Assembly (NCBI GenBank): GCA_963733035.1
Contig: CAVTBU010000004.1
Location: 32,001-96,000 of the forward strand
Length of the DNA: 64,000 bases
Direction: 5' to 3'
DNA from: Pirellulales bacterium
GTDB taxonomy: Bacteria; Planctomycetota; Planctomycetia; Pirellulales; PALSA-1355
This document shows positions 28,537-39,107 of this stretch, piece by piece (position 1 is the first letter of the stretch; each line of letters opens with the position of its first letter). The notes below the pieces were generated by a model that worked only from the letters and a program-made list of their open reading frames with translations, searched no databases and was not told the DNA's origin. The translations under genes and the position numbers were made by a program.

Positions 28537-29136
28537 CTAGGAACGTCGCTTTCGGCGGCGACGAATCAAAATGGCCGCGAATCCGGCGATGGCCAACGTG
28601 CCAAGGACGATGCTGGACGGCTCGGGGCCAGGAATAAAGATGGTGCCATCGATCAAGTTCGTGGCAGGCGCGTAAAACGGCGGCAAGTCCGACGGCCCCA
28701 GGTCAGGATGCGTCAGCGAAATCGAGTAGACGCCGGGCAGGGCTCCCGTTGTGTCGATGGTCACGAACGCCAACACGCCATTGGGCCCGACGGTGCCGCT
28801 GAGCGTGGTGATGAACGCCTGGGGTTCACGACCGGGTGCTTGCCACGGTGGATTGCCGTAGTCCTGCTGACCATTGTTGTTGCCATAGAACAACGTGCCG
28901 GGACCAACCATATCGAGGGCTGTTACGACTGGGCCGACAACTCCACCACCGATCGCAAATTGCAGGTCGGCGCCCTGAAACTCATCGCCAGGGTTGCCAG
29001 TAGTGGTAATCTGAATCACCGTCGTCGTGTTCGTACCAATGATCCAGTCACCGGCGACGATCGTCGGAGCCGCCGTCGCCACGGCCGATAGGCAAGACAC
29101 CAACAGCGCCGCTAACAGCGCTTTTCGACAAAGCAT
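28537..29136 (-). CDS. PEP-CTERM protein (cohesin-like beta-sandwich?), tandem copy A
   Basis: Signal peptide; PGPEPSS + TM + RRRRKRR. Confidence 0.9.
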   Translation of the reverse strand: MLCRKALLAALLVSCLSAVATAAPTIVAGDWIIGTNTTTVIQITTTGNPGDEFQGADLQFAIGGGVVGPVVTALDMVGPGTLFYGNNNGQQDYGNPPWQAPGREPQAFITTLSGTVGPNGVLAFVTIDTTGALPGVYSISLTHPDLGPSDLPPFYAPATNLIDGTIFIPGPEPSSIVLGTLAIAGFAAILIRRRRKRRS

Positions 29137-29225
29137 TTAAAAGTCTCCTTCGGTAGCTGATCCTCTCCAGCACCCCAATTCCCGGCCGGCGTCAGGATCG
29201 TGAAGAATATGGGCCCCCCCGACCT

Positions 29226-29822
29226 TTACCAATCACGCCTTCGGCGTCGACGCATTGCAACAGCCGCGAACCCGGCGATGGCCAACGTGCTGAGCAGGAC
29301 GCTAGACGGCTCGGGCTCAATCCAGATGGTGCCATCAATCAGGGGCGTATCCGGCGTGAAGAACGGCGGCAGGTCCGACGGACCCAGCTCGGGATGCGTC
29401 AGCGTAATCGCGTAGACGCCCGGGCCGACTCCCGTCGAGTCGAGCGTTACGAAGGCCAGCACGCCGTTGGGACCAACGAAGCCGCTGAGCGTCGTAATGA
29501 AGGCCTGCGGCTCACGACCGGGCGTTTGCCACGGAGGATTGCCGTAGTCTTGTTGACCATTGTTGTTGCCGTTGAACAACGTGCCGGGACCAACCATGTC
29601 GACGGCCGTTACGACGGGGCCGACAAGTCCGCCGCCGATCGCAAACTGCAGGTCGGCGCCCTGAAACTCGTCTCCAGGGTCGCCCGTGACCGTAATCTGA
29701 ATCACCGCCGTCATGTTCGTACCCATAATCCAGTCGCCGGCGACGATCGTCGGAGCAGCCGTCGCCACGGTCGATAGGTAGGACACCAACAGGGTCGCTA
29801 GCAGCGCTTTTCGACAAAGCAT
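29226..29822 (-). CDS. PEP-CTERM protein, tandem copy B
   Basis: Highly similar to copy A; IEPEPSS + TM + RRRRRR; identical GAAGGAGACTTTTAAATG start region. Confidence 0.9.
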   Translation of the reverse strand: MLCRKALLATLLVSYLSTVATAAPTIVAGDWIMGTNMTAVIQITVTGDPGDEFQGADLQFAIGGGLVGPVVTAVDMVGPGTLFNGNNNGQQDYGNPPWQTPGREPQAFITTLSGFVGPNGVLAFVTLDSTGVGPGVYAITLTHPELGPSDLPPFFTPDTPLIDGTIWIEPEPSSVLLSTLAIAGFAAVAMRRRRRRDW

Positions 29823-30536
29823 TTAAAAGTCTCCTTCGCCAAGTGAATCGCGTGGGTCTTGTGAGTCATGGCATGCACGGAACTGCCAATAGCAGGGCTA
29901 CAAGCGTACGAACGCCTGAGTCCAAAGGCAGGGAATACGGCGAATGCAATTCAGAATGGCCTGCGAATCAGGCGGTTCACATTCGCGGTGCGAGGTGTTG
30001 CAATAGCGGCTCGTGCGGCAGGACACCAAAATGAGCGTTGCCGGCAGTCTAACCGTGGGGCGGCATCCGTGTCAAGAAAAAACCGATCCGCCGTGCCGCT
30101 GGCGGCGACGCCTTTTCCCATCGCGTCCCAACTGTCCCGGCGGCCCCTTCCGAATGTTTGATTGGCAGACATTGCGGCTAGCGAGAGTCGCCGGTTCATT
30201 CGTTGCATTGATCGAAGTAGAAACGATGGAGTTTCCGCACGGCGCGCGCATTTCCGCCCACCCTCCGCAATTCAGGACGCGCCGAAGACTCGCTCCGTCG
30301 TACGCGGCCGAAGTCGTTGTCGCGTGGATGCAAAACGATCAGTCCACCCAGCCGGCTTAAGTCGCCGCTGGGTTCCATCGGTTCGCGTGCGAGCCGTTGT
30401 TCAACCGACCAACCGCGTGCGAACTAATGTTCGTGTTCGAGCGCTTTGCAAAGTGCGCACTCTGAGTTTCCTTGGTGAGTAGAATGTATTTAGGTGCCGA
30501 GGCGTTTCCACGAAAAACGCCGGAGAGGGCTCTGCC

Positions 30537-31778
30537 ATGACTCGCTGTCAAAGAGTATTCGGCTACGCGATTGCGGTGATCGGCTGTGTGCTTGTGCTCC
30601 TGTTTCGCCTGGCCATGAGCGAAACGCTGCAAAAAGAGGCCGTGTTGTCACCCTTCGTTCTTCCCGTGCTGGCGGCCGCCTGGTGCGGCGGGTTCCGGCC
30701 AGGAATGTTCGCCACGCTCCTGAGCATGGGTTGCGCGATTGTGTTTGTCTTGTCGCCGGACATGTCCCTTTCGATTGCAACGATGGCCGACGGATTTGTC
30801 GTGGGTATTTTTGCCGTCACCGGCACGACGATCAGCTTGTTGTTCGACGCGTTGTACGAAGCGCGTCGTCGCGAGACGGAGAAACAATTCCGCCGGCTGG
30901 CCGACTCAATGCCTCAGATCGTTTGGATCGCGCAGGCAAATGGGCGCTCGGTCTGGTTCAACCAACGCTGGCATGAATACACGGGGACGTCACCTGACCA
31001 CGTGGGTAAATCTCCCGTGCGGCCCTTTCACGACCCGGCCGTCATCACGTTTCGAGATAACGGCCAGGGTATTCAACCGGATATGCTCGATGCCGTGTTT
31101 GAACCGTTTCGCCAAATCAAAAACACCCGACAATGCTCGGGCGGCGGATTGGGGATTGGCTTGTGGCTCGCCAGGCAATTGGTGGAATTGCAGGGCGGCA
31201 CGATCCTGGCCCACAGCGAGGGTCCGGCGAAAGGGAGCGAGTTTGTGGTCATGCTTCCGGCGATCGCCGAACCTCGACCCCTCGACGCGTTGAGCGGAAC
31301 GCCCCAGCCGGAGCAGCAACGGGACGACATCCCCTCCCATCGCATTTTGATCGTCGACGATGTAAAGGAGTCGGCCCAGACGCTCGCGAAGCTGCTCCGT
31401 TCGCTGGGGCAGGATTCAACGCCGCTCTACGACGGGCAGGCGGGCCTGGACTGGATCGTCGCGAATCATCCAGATGTTGTGTTTCTGGACATCGCGATGC
31501 CAAAGCTCGACGGCTACGAGGTCGCCCGTCGAGTCCGACAACACCCGGAGATGCAAGACGTCGCGCTGATCGCCTTGACGGGCTACGGCCAGCACGCGGA
31601 TCAGCAACGCGCGTACGACGCGGGCTTCGACTTTCATCTCACAAAGCCCGCCAACATCCCGATCTTGAAAGACCTGCTTCGGAAACTGCCGACTGCTGGG
31701 TCTGTATCCGAGACGGCAACACATCGATCATCACCGTCAAGCCGCAACAGTCATGCGATGAACGCCGAAGGACCCTAG
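30537..31778 (+). CDS. Hybrid sensor kinase, internally deleted (DUF4118-like TM, partial PAS, partial HATPase, REC); possible pseudogene
   Basis: LADSMPQIVW...WFNQRWHEYTG jumps to DNGQGI...FEPFRQ...GGLGIGL; no H-box or N-box visible; REC ILIVDD...FLDIAMP...HLTKP. Confidence 0.75.
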   Translation: MTRCQRVFGYAIAVIGCVLVLLFRLAMSETLQKEAVLSPFVLPVLAAAWCGGFRPGMFATLLSMGCAIVFVLSPDMSLSIATMADGFVVGIFAVTGTTISLLFDALYEARRRETEKQFRRLADSMPQIVWIAQANGRSVWFNQRWHEYTGTSPDHVGKSPVRPFHDPAVITFRDNGQGIQPDMLDAVFEPFRQIKNTRQCSGGGLGIGLWLARQLVELQGGTILAHSEGPAKGSEFVVMLPAIAEPRPLDALSGTPQPEQQRDDIPSHRILIVDDVKESAQTLAKLLRSLGQDSTPLYDGQAGLDWIVANHPDVVFLDIAMPKLDGYEVARRVRQHPEMQDVALIALTGYGQHADQQRAYDAGFDFHLTKPANIPILKDLLRKLPTAGSVSETATHRSSPSSRNSHAMNAEGP

Positions 31779-31867
31779 ACGAATCACCTCAGGCAATTCA
31801 CTTCGACTTGATCGCAGCGGGCCGAAGCATTTCAAGAAGCTGCATCCAATGTGGAGGTCAAATTACG

Positions 31868-32254
31868 ATGTGGAAATCTTCGATTCTGCTTGTCGACGAC
31901 GACCCGGACGCCTGCGCCACCGCGGCAAAGCTCCTCTGGGCATGGGGCTATCAAGCAGACGTTGCCTATGATGGCCCAAGCGCCCTAAAACTCGTCGACG
32001 AAAAAAAATACAGCTTGGCGGTTATCGACTATCAATTGCCAGGCATGGACGGCATCGAGCTATTCCGCCGGATGCGTCGACTACAGCCCGATATCGCCGC
32101 CATCTTCTTGACCGGCCACACGTCGATCGACGTCGTATACCCTGCCATCGAGGCCGGAATCCTGAGGGTGTTGGCCAAGCCCGCGAACTTCCAAGAACTG
32201 ATGCCGATCATTGAGCAACATGCGGGAGGAAGTGCGTACGACACGCTGGCTTGA
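31868..32254 (+). CDS. Single-domain response regulator
   Basis: ILLVDDD, VIDYQLPGMDG, FLTG, LAKP; GGAGG SD. Confidence 0.88.
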   Translation: MWKSSILLVDDDPDACATAAKLLWAWGYQADVAYDGPSALKLVDEKKYSLAVIDYQLPGMDGIELFRRMRRLQPDIAAIFLTGHTSIDVVYPAIEAGILRVLAKPANFQELMPIIEQHAGGSAYDTLA

Positions 32255-32384
32255 TGAACGCGAACGCCGGAGCAAGTGTCGGAGAGCCCGGGTCGGGAAA
32301 TGCGGCGTCTCTTGCGGGGGTTGAGACGATTGTTTCAACGGGCGCCGCGACGGTAGCAAAGAGTTCCTCGAATCCCTCAATGGG

Positions 32385-32597
32385 TTCCAACTTCCCTCGA
32401 CGATGATCATCGGCACCGACGGCACGCTGCAGGCGATTCACGCCAAGGGCTACTCGCTGGATGCCAACCATCCAAACGGTCGCTTCAAAGAAACGCTCAC
32501 CGCCGACCTCGAAGCTCTGCTATCCGGCAAGAACCTGGCAGCGGAATATCTGTCCCATCGCGCGAAAGAGGGCGGTGACGAAACGACGGCGAAATGA
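32385..32597 (+). pseudogene. C-terminal fragment resembling a TlpA/thioredoxin-like protein
   Basis: (P)TMIIGTDGTLQAIHxxGY...LxADLEALLSGKNLA; no N-terminal CxxC region present. Confidence 0.35.
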
Positions 32598-32714
32598 ACA
32601 GCCGGACCGCCGCACTCGAGCGCGAGGCGCATGCAAAAGGAAACCGCGTCAGGAGCACCGGCAATCCGCCAGAGCCCGACGCGGTATTTATTTGTTGCTG
32701 GAGCTATCCGGCGA

Positions 32715-34316
32715 TTAGCCGCGGCGGCGGTAACCCCAGAGTACCGCGACGATGCCAATGCCCATGAGGACCAGAGAGCTCGGTTCCGGAACGAGTTGCG
32801 TGACGAACACGCCTGAGCTGCCGTCCAAGAAGCTGGCGGCAAAACCGACTGAGCCATCGTCGCTGAATCCGGAGCTGAAGTTGTTTTCGTGCCCGGCATC
32901 GGATCCATCAAGACCGTGGAAGGACAAGAATTCGATCTGGCGGAAATCGCCCGGCGCAACTTCAAGCGATTGTCCCTCGGCGACCACCTCGTGCAGCACG
33001 CCGGACTGATCTTGGGCAAAGATGGCCTCCGAGAAATCGGACAGTTGGGCGAGAAACGCGGTTTGACCGTTTTCGTTGATCGTCCAGCGCACGATGCCGA
33101 TGAACGTCAGGCCGCCGGTGTCTGGCGCCACGTCGCCCGTCAGTGCAACCGCGTGCAGTCCGCCGAAGGATTCGGAATACAAACCGAGTCGGCCGTCAGA
33201 AAGATACGCGGTGAACGCGGCGTCGCCGGCGGCGTCGATGCCGAGTGTGGTCGAGTTGATGCCGGTACCGCCGGTGCCGAACACCGCGCCGCCCCCGCCG
33301 GGAGCCAGATCGCCCTCGACCGCCACTTTGTCGATGCCGCCGCCGCGTGCTACCCAAATGCCGTCGGGAACGGTGCCGCCGACCAATCGAGCGCTGAAGA
33401 CAATGTCGTCGCTGTTGTTGATTGCCGTGGTGTCGTTAAACAGGATGCTGAACGTTCCGCCGCCCGGCGCGAGATCGCCGCTGGCAACGACTTTCGACAG
33501 GGAGCCGCTGCTGTCGGTCCAGACGCCTTCGCCGCTGCTGCCACCGGTAATTCCACCGACCATGGCGATGTGTCCGGCATTGTTAATGGCTGGCGTGGCG
33601 AAGGCGTTGAAGATGCCGGCGGTGCCGGGCGCGCCGTCCCCTTCCTCGGCAACCTTAGCGAGCGACCCGGAACCTTGCGACCAGACTCCGGTCGAAGGGA
33701 AGTTTCCGGGAGGCGCGGCCGTCGGAGGCATGTCGCCCATGAACGTCGCTTGTCCACTGTCGTTGAAACCCCCGGTCGTTCCGAAGAAGGGCTGAAAGAC
33801 ACGATTCGGGTCTGTGGTGCCCGGCGCTGGGTCGCCACCGGCCGCAACTTTCTGCACCGCGTTGCCGATGCCGGTTTCGGAAAACAATCCGGCCGTGTTG
33901 AAGTCACTGAGATCTTGTTGGAAAGCGGCTTGTCCAGAGTTGTTCAGATAGAAACGAACGTTTGGATCAGAGAAGTCTCCAAAATTGAGCGCGGTGCCCG
34001 GTGCGGCCTCGCCTTGCAAGGCAACCTTGGCGAGCGAACCACTTCCTTCTGACCATAGCCCCGATGAAAAGTCGTTATCGTCGATACCGCCGATGAACGC
34101 GGCCTGATCGCTGTTGTTAATGATTGGCGCGCTGAGATAGCTGTAGTTGAAGGATGTTCCCGGCGCCGCCGCGTCAGATAAGGTGACGGTCCGAACGTCA
34201 ACCGCGTTTGCCAATCGGGAGACCGCGAACTGGCTGGCGAGTGCCAGCAGCAAACCAAGAGCGAGTGGTAACGTTGAAATTCGCTTTGAGCAGTGAGACA
34301 CGGTTGTTGACATCAT
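32715..34316 (-). CDS. PEP-CTERM protein with tandem NxxGxxAF-type repeats
   Basis: Repeats INNSDQAAF, LNNSGQAAF, FNDSGQATF, INENGQTAF, each with a KVAxxGDxAPG spacer; VPEPSS + TM + RRRG. Confidence 0.9.
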   Translation of the reverse strand: MMSTTVSHCSKRISTLPLALGLLLALASQFAVSRLANAVDVRTVTLSDAAAPGTSFNYSYLSAPIINNSDQAAFIGGIDDNDFSSGLWSEGSGSLAKVALQGEAAPGTALNFGDFSDPNVRFYLNNSGQAAFQQDLSDFNTAGLFSETGIGNAVQKVAAGGDPAPGTTDPNRVFQPFFGTTGGFNDSGQATFMGDMPPTAAPPGNFPSTGVWSQGSGSLAKVAEEGDGAPGTAGIFNAFATPAINNAGHIAMVGGITGGSSGEGVWTDSSGSLSKVVASGDLAPGGGTFSILFNDTTAINNSDDIVFSARLVGGTVPDGIWVARGGGIDKVAVEGDLAPGGGGAVFGTGGTGINSTTLGIDAAGDAAFTAYLSDGRLGLYSESFGGLHAVALTGDVAPDTGGLTFIGIVRWTINENGQTAFLAQLSDFSEAIFAQDQSGVLHEVVAEGQSLEVAPGDFRQIEFLSFHGLDGSDAGHENNFSSGFSDDGSVGFAASFLDGSSGVFVTQLVPEPSSLVLMGIGIVAVLWGYRRRG

Positions 34317-34750
34317 GAGCGCCCTTCACGCAAAGAAAAGTAGGTCTAGCTGACAATTCCCGTTACGTTGACCCGCCGCCTTTCCAGGCCAGCAACCGCC
34401 ACGATTGTAATCACTTGCCCCCCCAACGGTGCATGATGAAAGCTAACTTTTTCGTTATTCTTTTGGGGGGCGATATGTCGTGCTGCGAAACGGAATCATA
34501 AATCATTGCCCGACAATGCCTTTTGGCCGTCAAGCTAAGAATTGGGATAAGTCTCGCTAACAAGAAGCTAATAGAGCGAAGGTCTCCCGAACGAGATCCC
34601 GGCAGCCTAGCTGGCTTGCTGTTTTGCCTCAGCAGTGCGATGGCTGAATTGCCTGGACGCGGCTCATCACGGCAACCGCCACGCGCTAGCAACGTGCGCT
34701 TTTGGCGAAGTCGTGAGACGAACGCGTAAACGACAAGGGGGCACGCGCGC

Positions 34751-35848
34751 TCACTTGAACTTGCGGTTCAACCAATCGATCATCACCCGATTGACCTCGT
34801 CCGGCTTTTCCTGCTGGGTCCAGTGGCCGCAGTCTTTGACCGTGTAGCGGTCGAAGTCGACGATGAAATCTTCCATGCCGTCGGCCGACGAGGGACGCAA
34901 AATCACGTCATTCTCGGCGCCGATATATAGACACGGCACGTCGATCTGCCACTTGGCGCCCTTCATCGAGGCCGGGGCGCGGGCAATGTTGCGATACCAA
35001 TTCAATCCGCCGCGGAAACCGGTGATCTCGAACGTCTCGACGAAGTAGTTCAGCTCGTCGTCACTGAGAAAGGCCTCGCCGGCAAACTTGTCGCGCTCGA
35101 GCATCGCCAGCAGATTGAGCTGCCTCTCGGGCGAACCCTTGGGAAGCGCCTTGAAGCGTTCGACGTTCCAGATGTCGCCACGGGTGAGAATCATGCGGAA
35201 CGTCTTGCGAACGTCTTTCTCCAGGGCCGCCTCGGCGACGCCCGGCTTTTGAAACTGCGCCACGTAGTAGTTCGGAGACATCTCGATGAGCGGCGGCTCG
35301 GCTGGTTTCTTGAGCGCCAACCCCGGCGGGCGCGAGCAAGGCGTGTTGACGCCAATAACGCCCAGGCAGCGCTCGGGGTGGATGCGGACCATCGCCCACA
35401 CCACGCCGCCGCCCCAATCGTGTCCGCAGAACACGGCCTTCTCAATACCCAGCGCGTCGAGCATGCCAGCTAGGTCGTCGCACAAATGCTTGAGGTCGTA
35501 CGTGGTGACGTCTTCGGGGCGATCGGTGAGCCCATAACCGCGCTGATCGGGCGCGATGGCGCGATAGCCCGCCTCGCGGAGTGCCTTGACCTGGTGTCGC
35601 CAGGAAAAGGCCAACTCTGGAAATCCATGGCACAAAACCACCGGCACGCCTTCGCCCTGCTCGTAGACCGCCATGCGAATGCCGTTAGTCTGGATGAACT
35701 TGGGGGCCGGCATCTGCGGTGCGGGGCGCACTTGGTTAGCGGGCGCTTTTTCGTCTGCGCACATCGCAGGTGATCGATTCCAAAGCAAAACGACGAGAAC
35801 AATCATGGCAAGCGACGTTAGGCGCCGGCGGAAGCGGTTGTCAGTCAT
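34751..35848 (-). CDS. Alpha/beta hydrolase, epoxide hydrolase-like, with signal peptide
   Basis: LCHGFPE, PDQRGYG, GHDWGG, LNWYRN, GHWTQQEKP. Confidence 0.92.
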   Translation of the reverse strand: MTDNRFRRRLTSLAMIVLVVLLWNRSPAMCADEKAPANQVRPAPQMPAPKFIQTNGIRMAVYEQGEGVPVVLCHGFPELAFSWRHQVKALREAGYRAIAPDQRGYGLTDRPEDVTTYDLKHLCDDLAGMLDALGIEKAVFCGHDWGGGVVWAMVRIHPERCLGVIGVNTPCSRPPGLALKKPAEPPLIEMSPNYYVAQFQKPGVAEAALEKDVRKTFRMILTRGDIWNVERFKALPKGSPERQLNLLAMLERDKFAGEAFLSDDELNYFVETFEITGFRGGLNWYRNIARAPASMKGAKWQIDVPCLYIGAENDVILRPSSADGMEDFIVDFDRYTVKDCGHWTQQEKPDEVNRVMIDWLNRKFK

Positions 35849-36041
35849 GGCGGGCGACTCCGACCAATTGCAGATGGAGCTGAACTTCACGGCAATAGAA
35901 GGCCAATTGCCAGGGACATCGTACCACGACCGCAGGCGGGGAGAATAACGAAATCCATGACGCGCGGATTGAGCGGGTTCGTGCGAACCGCATTGACGTC
36001 TCGGCGGCAGCGTACGGGCAGCGCGGACGGGTGAGGACGGG

Positions 36042-37046
36042 CTAATAGCGGAAGGAAAAGCCGACACCCGTGAAAAAGTTGTCGGCGTTCTGATTCAGGC
36101 CCAGGCCCGCGCGCCAGTCGAACTGGACGTTGTGCGACGGGCGCCACTTGAGGCCGCCGTCGAGGTACGGTGCCACGTAGCTCTCGTCTCGGTACGCGAA
36201 ATAACCGTAACCGTAATACAAACCGGGAAAATAGAAGTACCGATACACCTTCTGGTGGCCGAACACGGCATAACCTTCGGCGAACAAGCTGAGCCGCGGT
36301 GTGCATTGATAGCGCAAGATGACTGATTGAAAATACTCGGTCAGAGAAAAGTAATCCTCGCTGTCGAACACGCCGCCGGTGCTGCCGCCGAGCGAAAGTT
36401 TGTCGGTGAGCGACCAGGTATAGATATAGTCGACCAGCGGCGCAACGTGCTGACTACGATTGAGCATATTGCTGGGTATTGGCAGCGCCCACCCGTCGCC
36501 GGTCGGCACGAATAAGGTCGTCACCAGCGCCGATTGCGGCATCCAGCCGCCGTGCGTCGATATCTGAAACTTGAATCCTACCTGCAAGTTCGCCACCCAG
36601 TTGTTGGAATAATCGTATTCGGAGTAGCGACCGCCACCCAACAGCGCCGGGCCGTTCCAGATGGCGCGAAACTCCACCCGACGCGTCATGCCCAATCGCA
36701 GGGCAAGCTCGGGCAGCACGTGCAGGCTCCGCGACGGATAGCTTGACCGGTTCGCGTACAAGTAGCCACTCTCCACCTGGGCCCACCCCTTGGGAACCGT
36801 TGTGTCTGAGTACGTGAAGCTTGGCCGATCAGTGATGATGCCCGTCTCGTCAACAGCGGCGCGCCGCGCGTGATCCTGCTGCCAGCGACGAAAGAAGCCG
36901 GGTTCGTCGGTAAAGTCGACCAGAGGAACCACTGGTTCCAAAGGGGGCAATGGCTCGAGTTGGTCGGCGCCGGCGCACACCGCCCAGACGGTGCACAATA
37001 CTGCCAAAACACCGCCCAAGATTAAAAGGAAATGTCGGCAAGGCAT
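36042..37046 (-). CDS. Outer-membrane beta-barrel 'transporter' (MetA-pathway phenol degradation-like)
   Basis: ITDRPSFT...VPKGWAQVESGY, PELALRLG, terminal GFSFRY. Confidence 0.8.
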   Translation of the reverse strand: MPCRHFLLILGGVLAVLCTVWAVCAGADQLEPLPPLEPVVPLVDFTDEPGFFRRWQQDHARRAAVDETGIITDRPSFTYSDTTVPKGWAQVESGYLYANRSSYPSRSLHVLPELALRLGMTRRVEFRAIWNGPALLGGGRYSEYDYSNNWVANLQVGFKFQISTHGGWMPQSALVTTLFVPTGDGWALPIPSNMLNRSQHVAPLVDYIYTWSLTDKLSLGGSTGGVFDSEDYFSLTEYFQSVILRYQCTPRLSLFAEGYAVFGHQKVYRYFYFPGLYYGYGYFAYRDESYVAPYLDGGLKWRPSHNVQFDWRAGLGLNQNADNFFTGVGFSFRY

Positions 37047-37085
37047 TGATCAATCAGGATTTGAAACGGGAAGCTGCTTCGACGG

Positions 37086-38054
37086 TTAATAGCGGAACGA
37101 AAACCCGGCGCTGGTGAAAACGCCGTTGCCATCGTGGATGCCGGGTCTGCCGATGATCCAATCGAGCTGGGCGTTGTTGAAGAAGCGCCACTTGACGCCG
37201 GCGTCGATTCCGGCGCCGTTGCCGCCGTAGTACTGGTCGGTGAACACCTCATAGTATTCCGTGAACAGCGTTAATCGTCGCGTCCAATGAAACTTGAGAA
37301 TGGCCGATTGGAAAAAGTGATCGACGGTCGTACCGTTGTTCGTTCCAATCACCAATCCACTGCTGCCGCCGACCGAGAACCGCTCGCTCAGCCGCCAAAA
37401 GTAGATGTAATCGATCAGGGGACTCGCCGATTCCCAAGCGTAAAAGGCGGTCAGCTGGTAGGGGGTGCCATAGAAGTTGCCGGTCGGAATGATCACGTCG
37501 GTGATCAGTGCCGACTGCGGGAGCCATCCCCGCTGTTGGCTGACTTGAATTTTGACGCCAAACTCCGTGCTCGACGCACCCGCAAAGCGCAGCGTGCCAT
37601 GGCTCGATTTACCGGTGAGCCTGGCGGTCGAAATACCGCCCCATAGAGCCCGAAACTCAACGCGCGGCAGAATTCCGATCCGCAGATTCATCTGCGGGAA
37701 ACTGTTCCACGTGAACGTGCTCTGGCTATCCTCTGCCGAAACCGTGACAAACCCCGTTTCGAGTTGCACCCAGCCCTGCGGCACCGTGGTGGGCGCTAGC
37801 GTGAAACTGGGGCGGTCGGTTTGAATCATGGTGCCCTGCGCAACGCGCCACGCATGGTTTTGCTGCCAACGCTGCAGGAAGCCCAAGTCGGTGGTGAACA
37901 TTTCCAGCGGCACGACGGGCTGGGCCTCGGGCATGAGCTCAACGGCATCGAGCGCGGGAAGCGTTTCCACGCCGCCGGCTACTTTTGCAATGCAGCAGGC
38001 CAACAGCGCTGCAAACGCTAGCGGCGCCGCGGATGAGCGACGGGCGGTATGCAT
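37086..38054 (-). CDS. Outer-membrane beta-barrel 'transporter', tandem paralog
   Basis: QTDRPSFT...VPQGWVQLETGF, GWLPQSAL, terminal GFSFRY. Confidence 0.8.
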   Translation of the reverse strand: MHTARRSSAAPLAFAALLACCIAKVAGGVETLPALDAVELMPEAQPVVPLEMFTTDLGFLQRWQQNHAWRVAQGTMIQTDRPSFTLAPTTVPQGWVQLETGFVTVSAEDSQSTFTWNSFPQMNLRIGILPRVEFRALWGGISTARLTGKSSHGTLRFAGASSTEFGVKIQVSQQRGWLPQSALITDVIIPTGNFYGTPYQLTAFYAWESASPLIDYIYFWRLSERFSVGGSSGLVIGTNNGTTVDHFFQSAILKFHWTRRLTLFTEYYEVFTDQYYGGNGAGIDAGVKWRFFNNAQLDWIIGRPGIHDGNGVFTSAGFSFRY

Positions 38055-38245
38055 CGGGAAAAACCGGGAGGTGGAAAAGTTCGAAGCAGAATTGGCAGGG
38101 GCCGCCAGGTTGGTCGGGAGCGGCCCCTAAAGACGGGGTATAAGGCCTATCGGCCATTTGTGTACTTACGATATATGAATTCTGCGGACTGCGCCCGGCA
38201 CTTTTGGCAGGCCGAATGCTAGCAGCGCGAACGCCCGGCCGATCG

Positions 38246-39079
38246 CTATTTGAGCCCGAACACCCTTCGCGCGTTGACCGCGAGGAATTTGGCCTTGGTC
38301 TCGGGCTTGAGCTCCAGTGCGCGGGCCTGCTCAGCGCATTGCTTGAGGTCGAGCATCGGGAAGTTGCTGCCGAAGAGGACTTTGTCCTGACCGTAGGTGT
38401 TCATGAAGTGCAGCAGTTGCGGCGGGTAGTAGCGCGGCAGGTAGGCGCTGGTGTCGATGTAGACGTGCTCGTGCTTCCAGGCCAGTGCGATCATCTCGTC
38501 GGTCCACGGGTAGCCGATGTGGCCGCCGACAATCTTGAGTTGGGGAAACGTCAGGGCCACTTCGTCGATGTAGGGGATCGGGCGGCCGGTGTCCGACGGC
38601 ATGAGCGGCCCGGTGTGCCCCACCTGCGTGCAAAACGGAATGTCGAGCTCGACACACTTGACGTACAGCGGATAGTACAGTCGGTCGTTGGGCGGCAGCT
38701 TCCACAACCAGGGAATCACCCGCAACGCTTTGAAGCCAAACTCGCGAACCGCGCGGTCCAGCTCACGGACCGCCTCGACCGGGTGTTCGAGATCGACGCC
38801 GGCCACGCCGACGAAGCGGTCGGGATAATCGCGAATGAACTCGGCGATCCGCTCGTTCGAGGCGATCTGGCGGCCGGGCGCCGTCCAACTGGTGACGAGC
38901 AGTCGCTCAATGCCGGCGGCGTCCATCGCGGCCACAAGCTCGGCGGGGCTGAGGCCTCCCTGCCGCTTGTGTGCGCCCGATTGCTCAAAGAGTCGCTTCA
39001 CCTCGGGAAGCTTGTCGCTCATCTCGGCCAGCGGCGGATTGACCCAAGCGTCGATGATCGGGAGCGGTTCGGTCGTCAC
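38246..39079 (-). CDS. Amidohydrolase_2 family protein
   Basis: IIDAW, YPDRFVG, YPLYVKCVELDIP, GHIGYPW, VYIDTSA, KVLFGSNFP. Confidence 0.9.
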   Translation of the reverse strand: MTTEPLPIIDAWVNPPLAEMSDKLPEVKRLFEQSGAHKRQGGLSPAELVAAMDAAGIERLLVTSWTAPGRQIASNERIAEFIRDYPDRFVGVAGVDLEHPVEAVRELDRAVREFGFKALRVIPWLWKLPPNDRLYYPLYVKCVELDIPFCTQVGHTGPLMPSDTGRPIPYIDEVALTFPQLKIVGGHIGYPWTDEMIALAWKHEHVYIDTSAYLPRYYPPQLLHFMNTYGQDKVLFGSNFPMLDLKQCAEQARALELKPETKAKFLAVNARRVFGLK

Positions 39080-39107
39080 AAGGAATTCTCCGGCGGCGAT
39101 GACTCGG

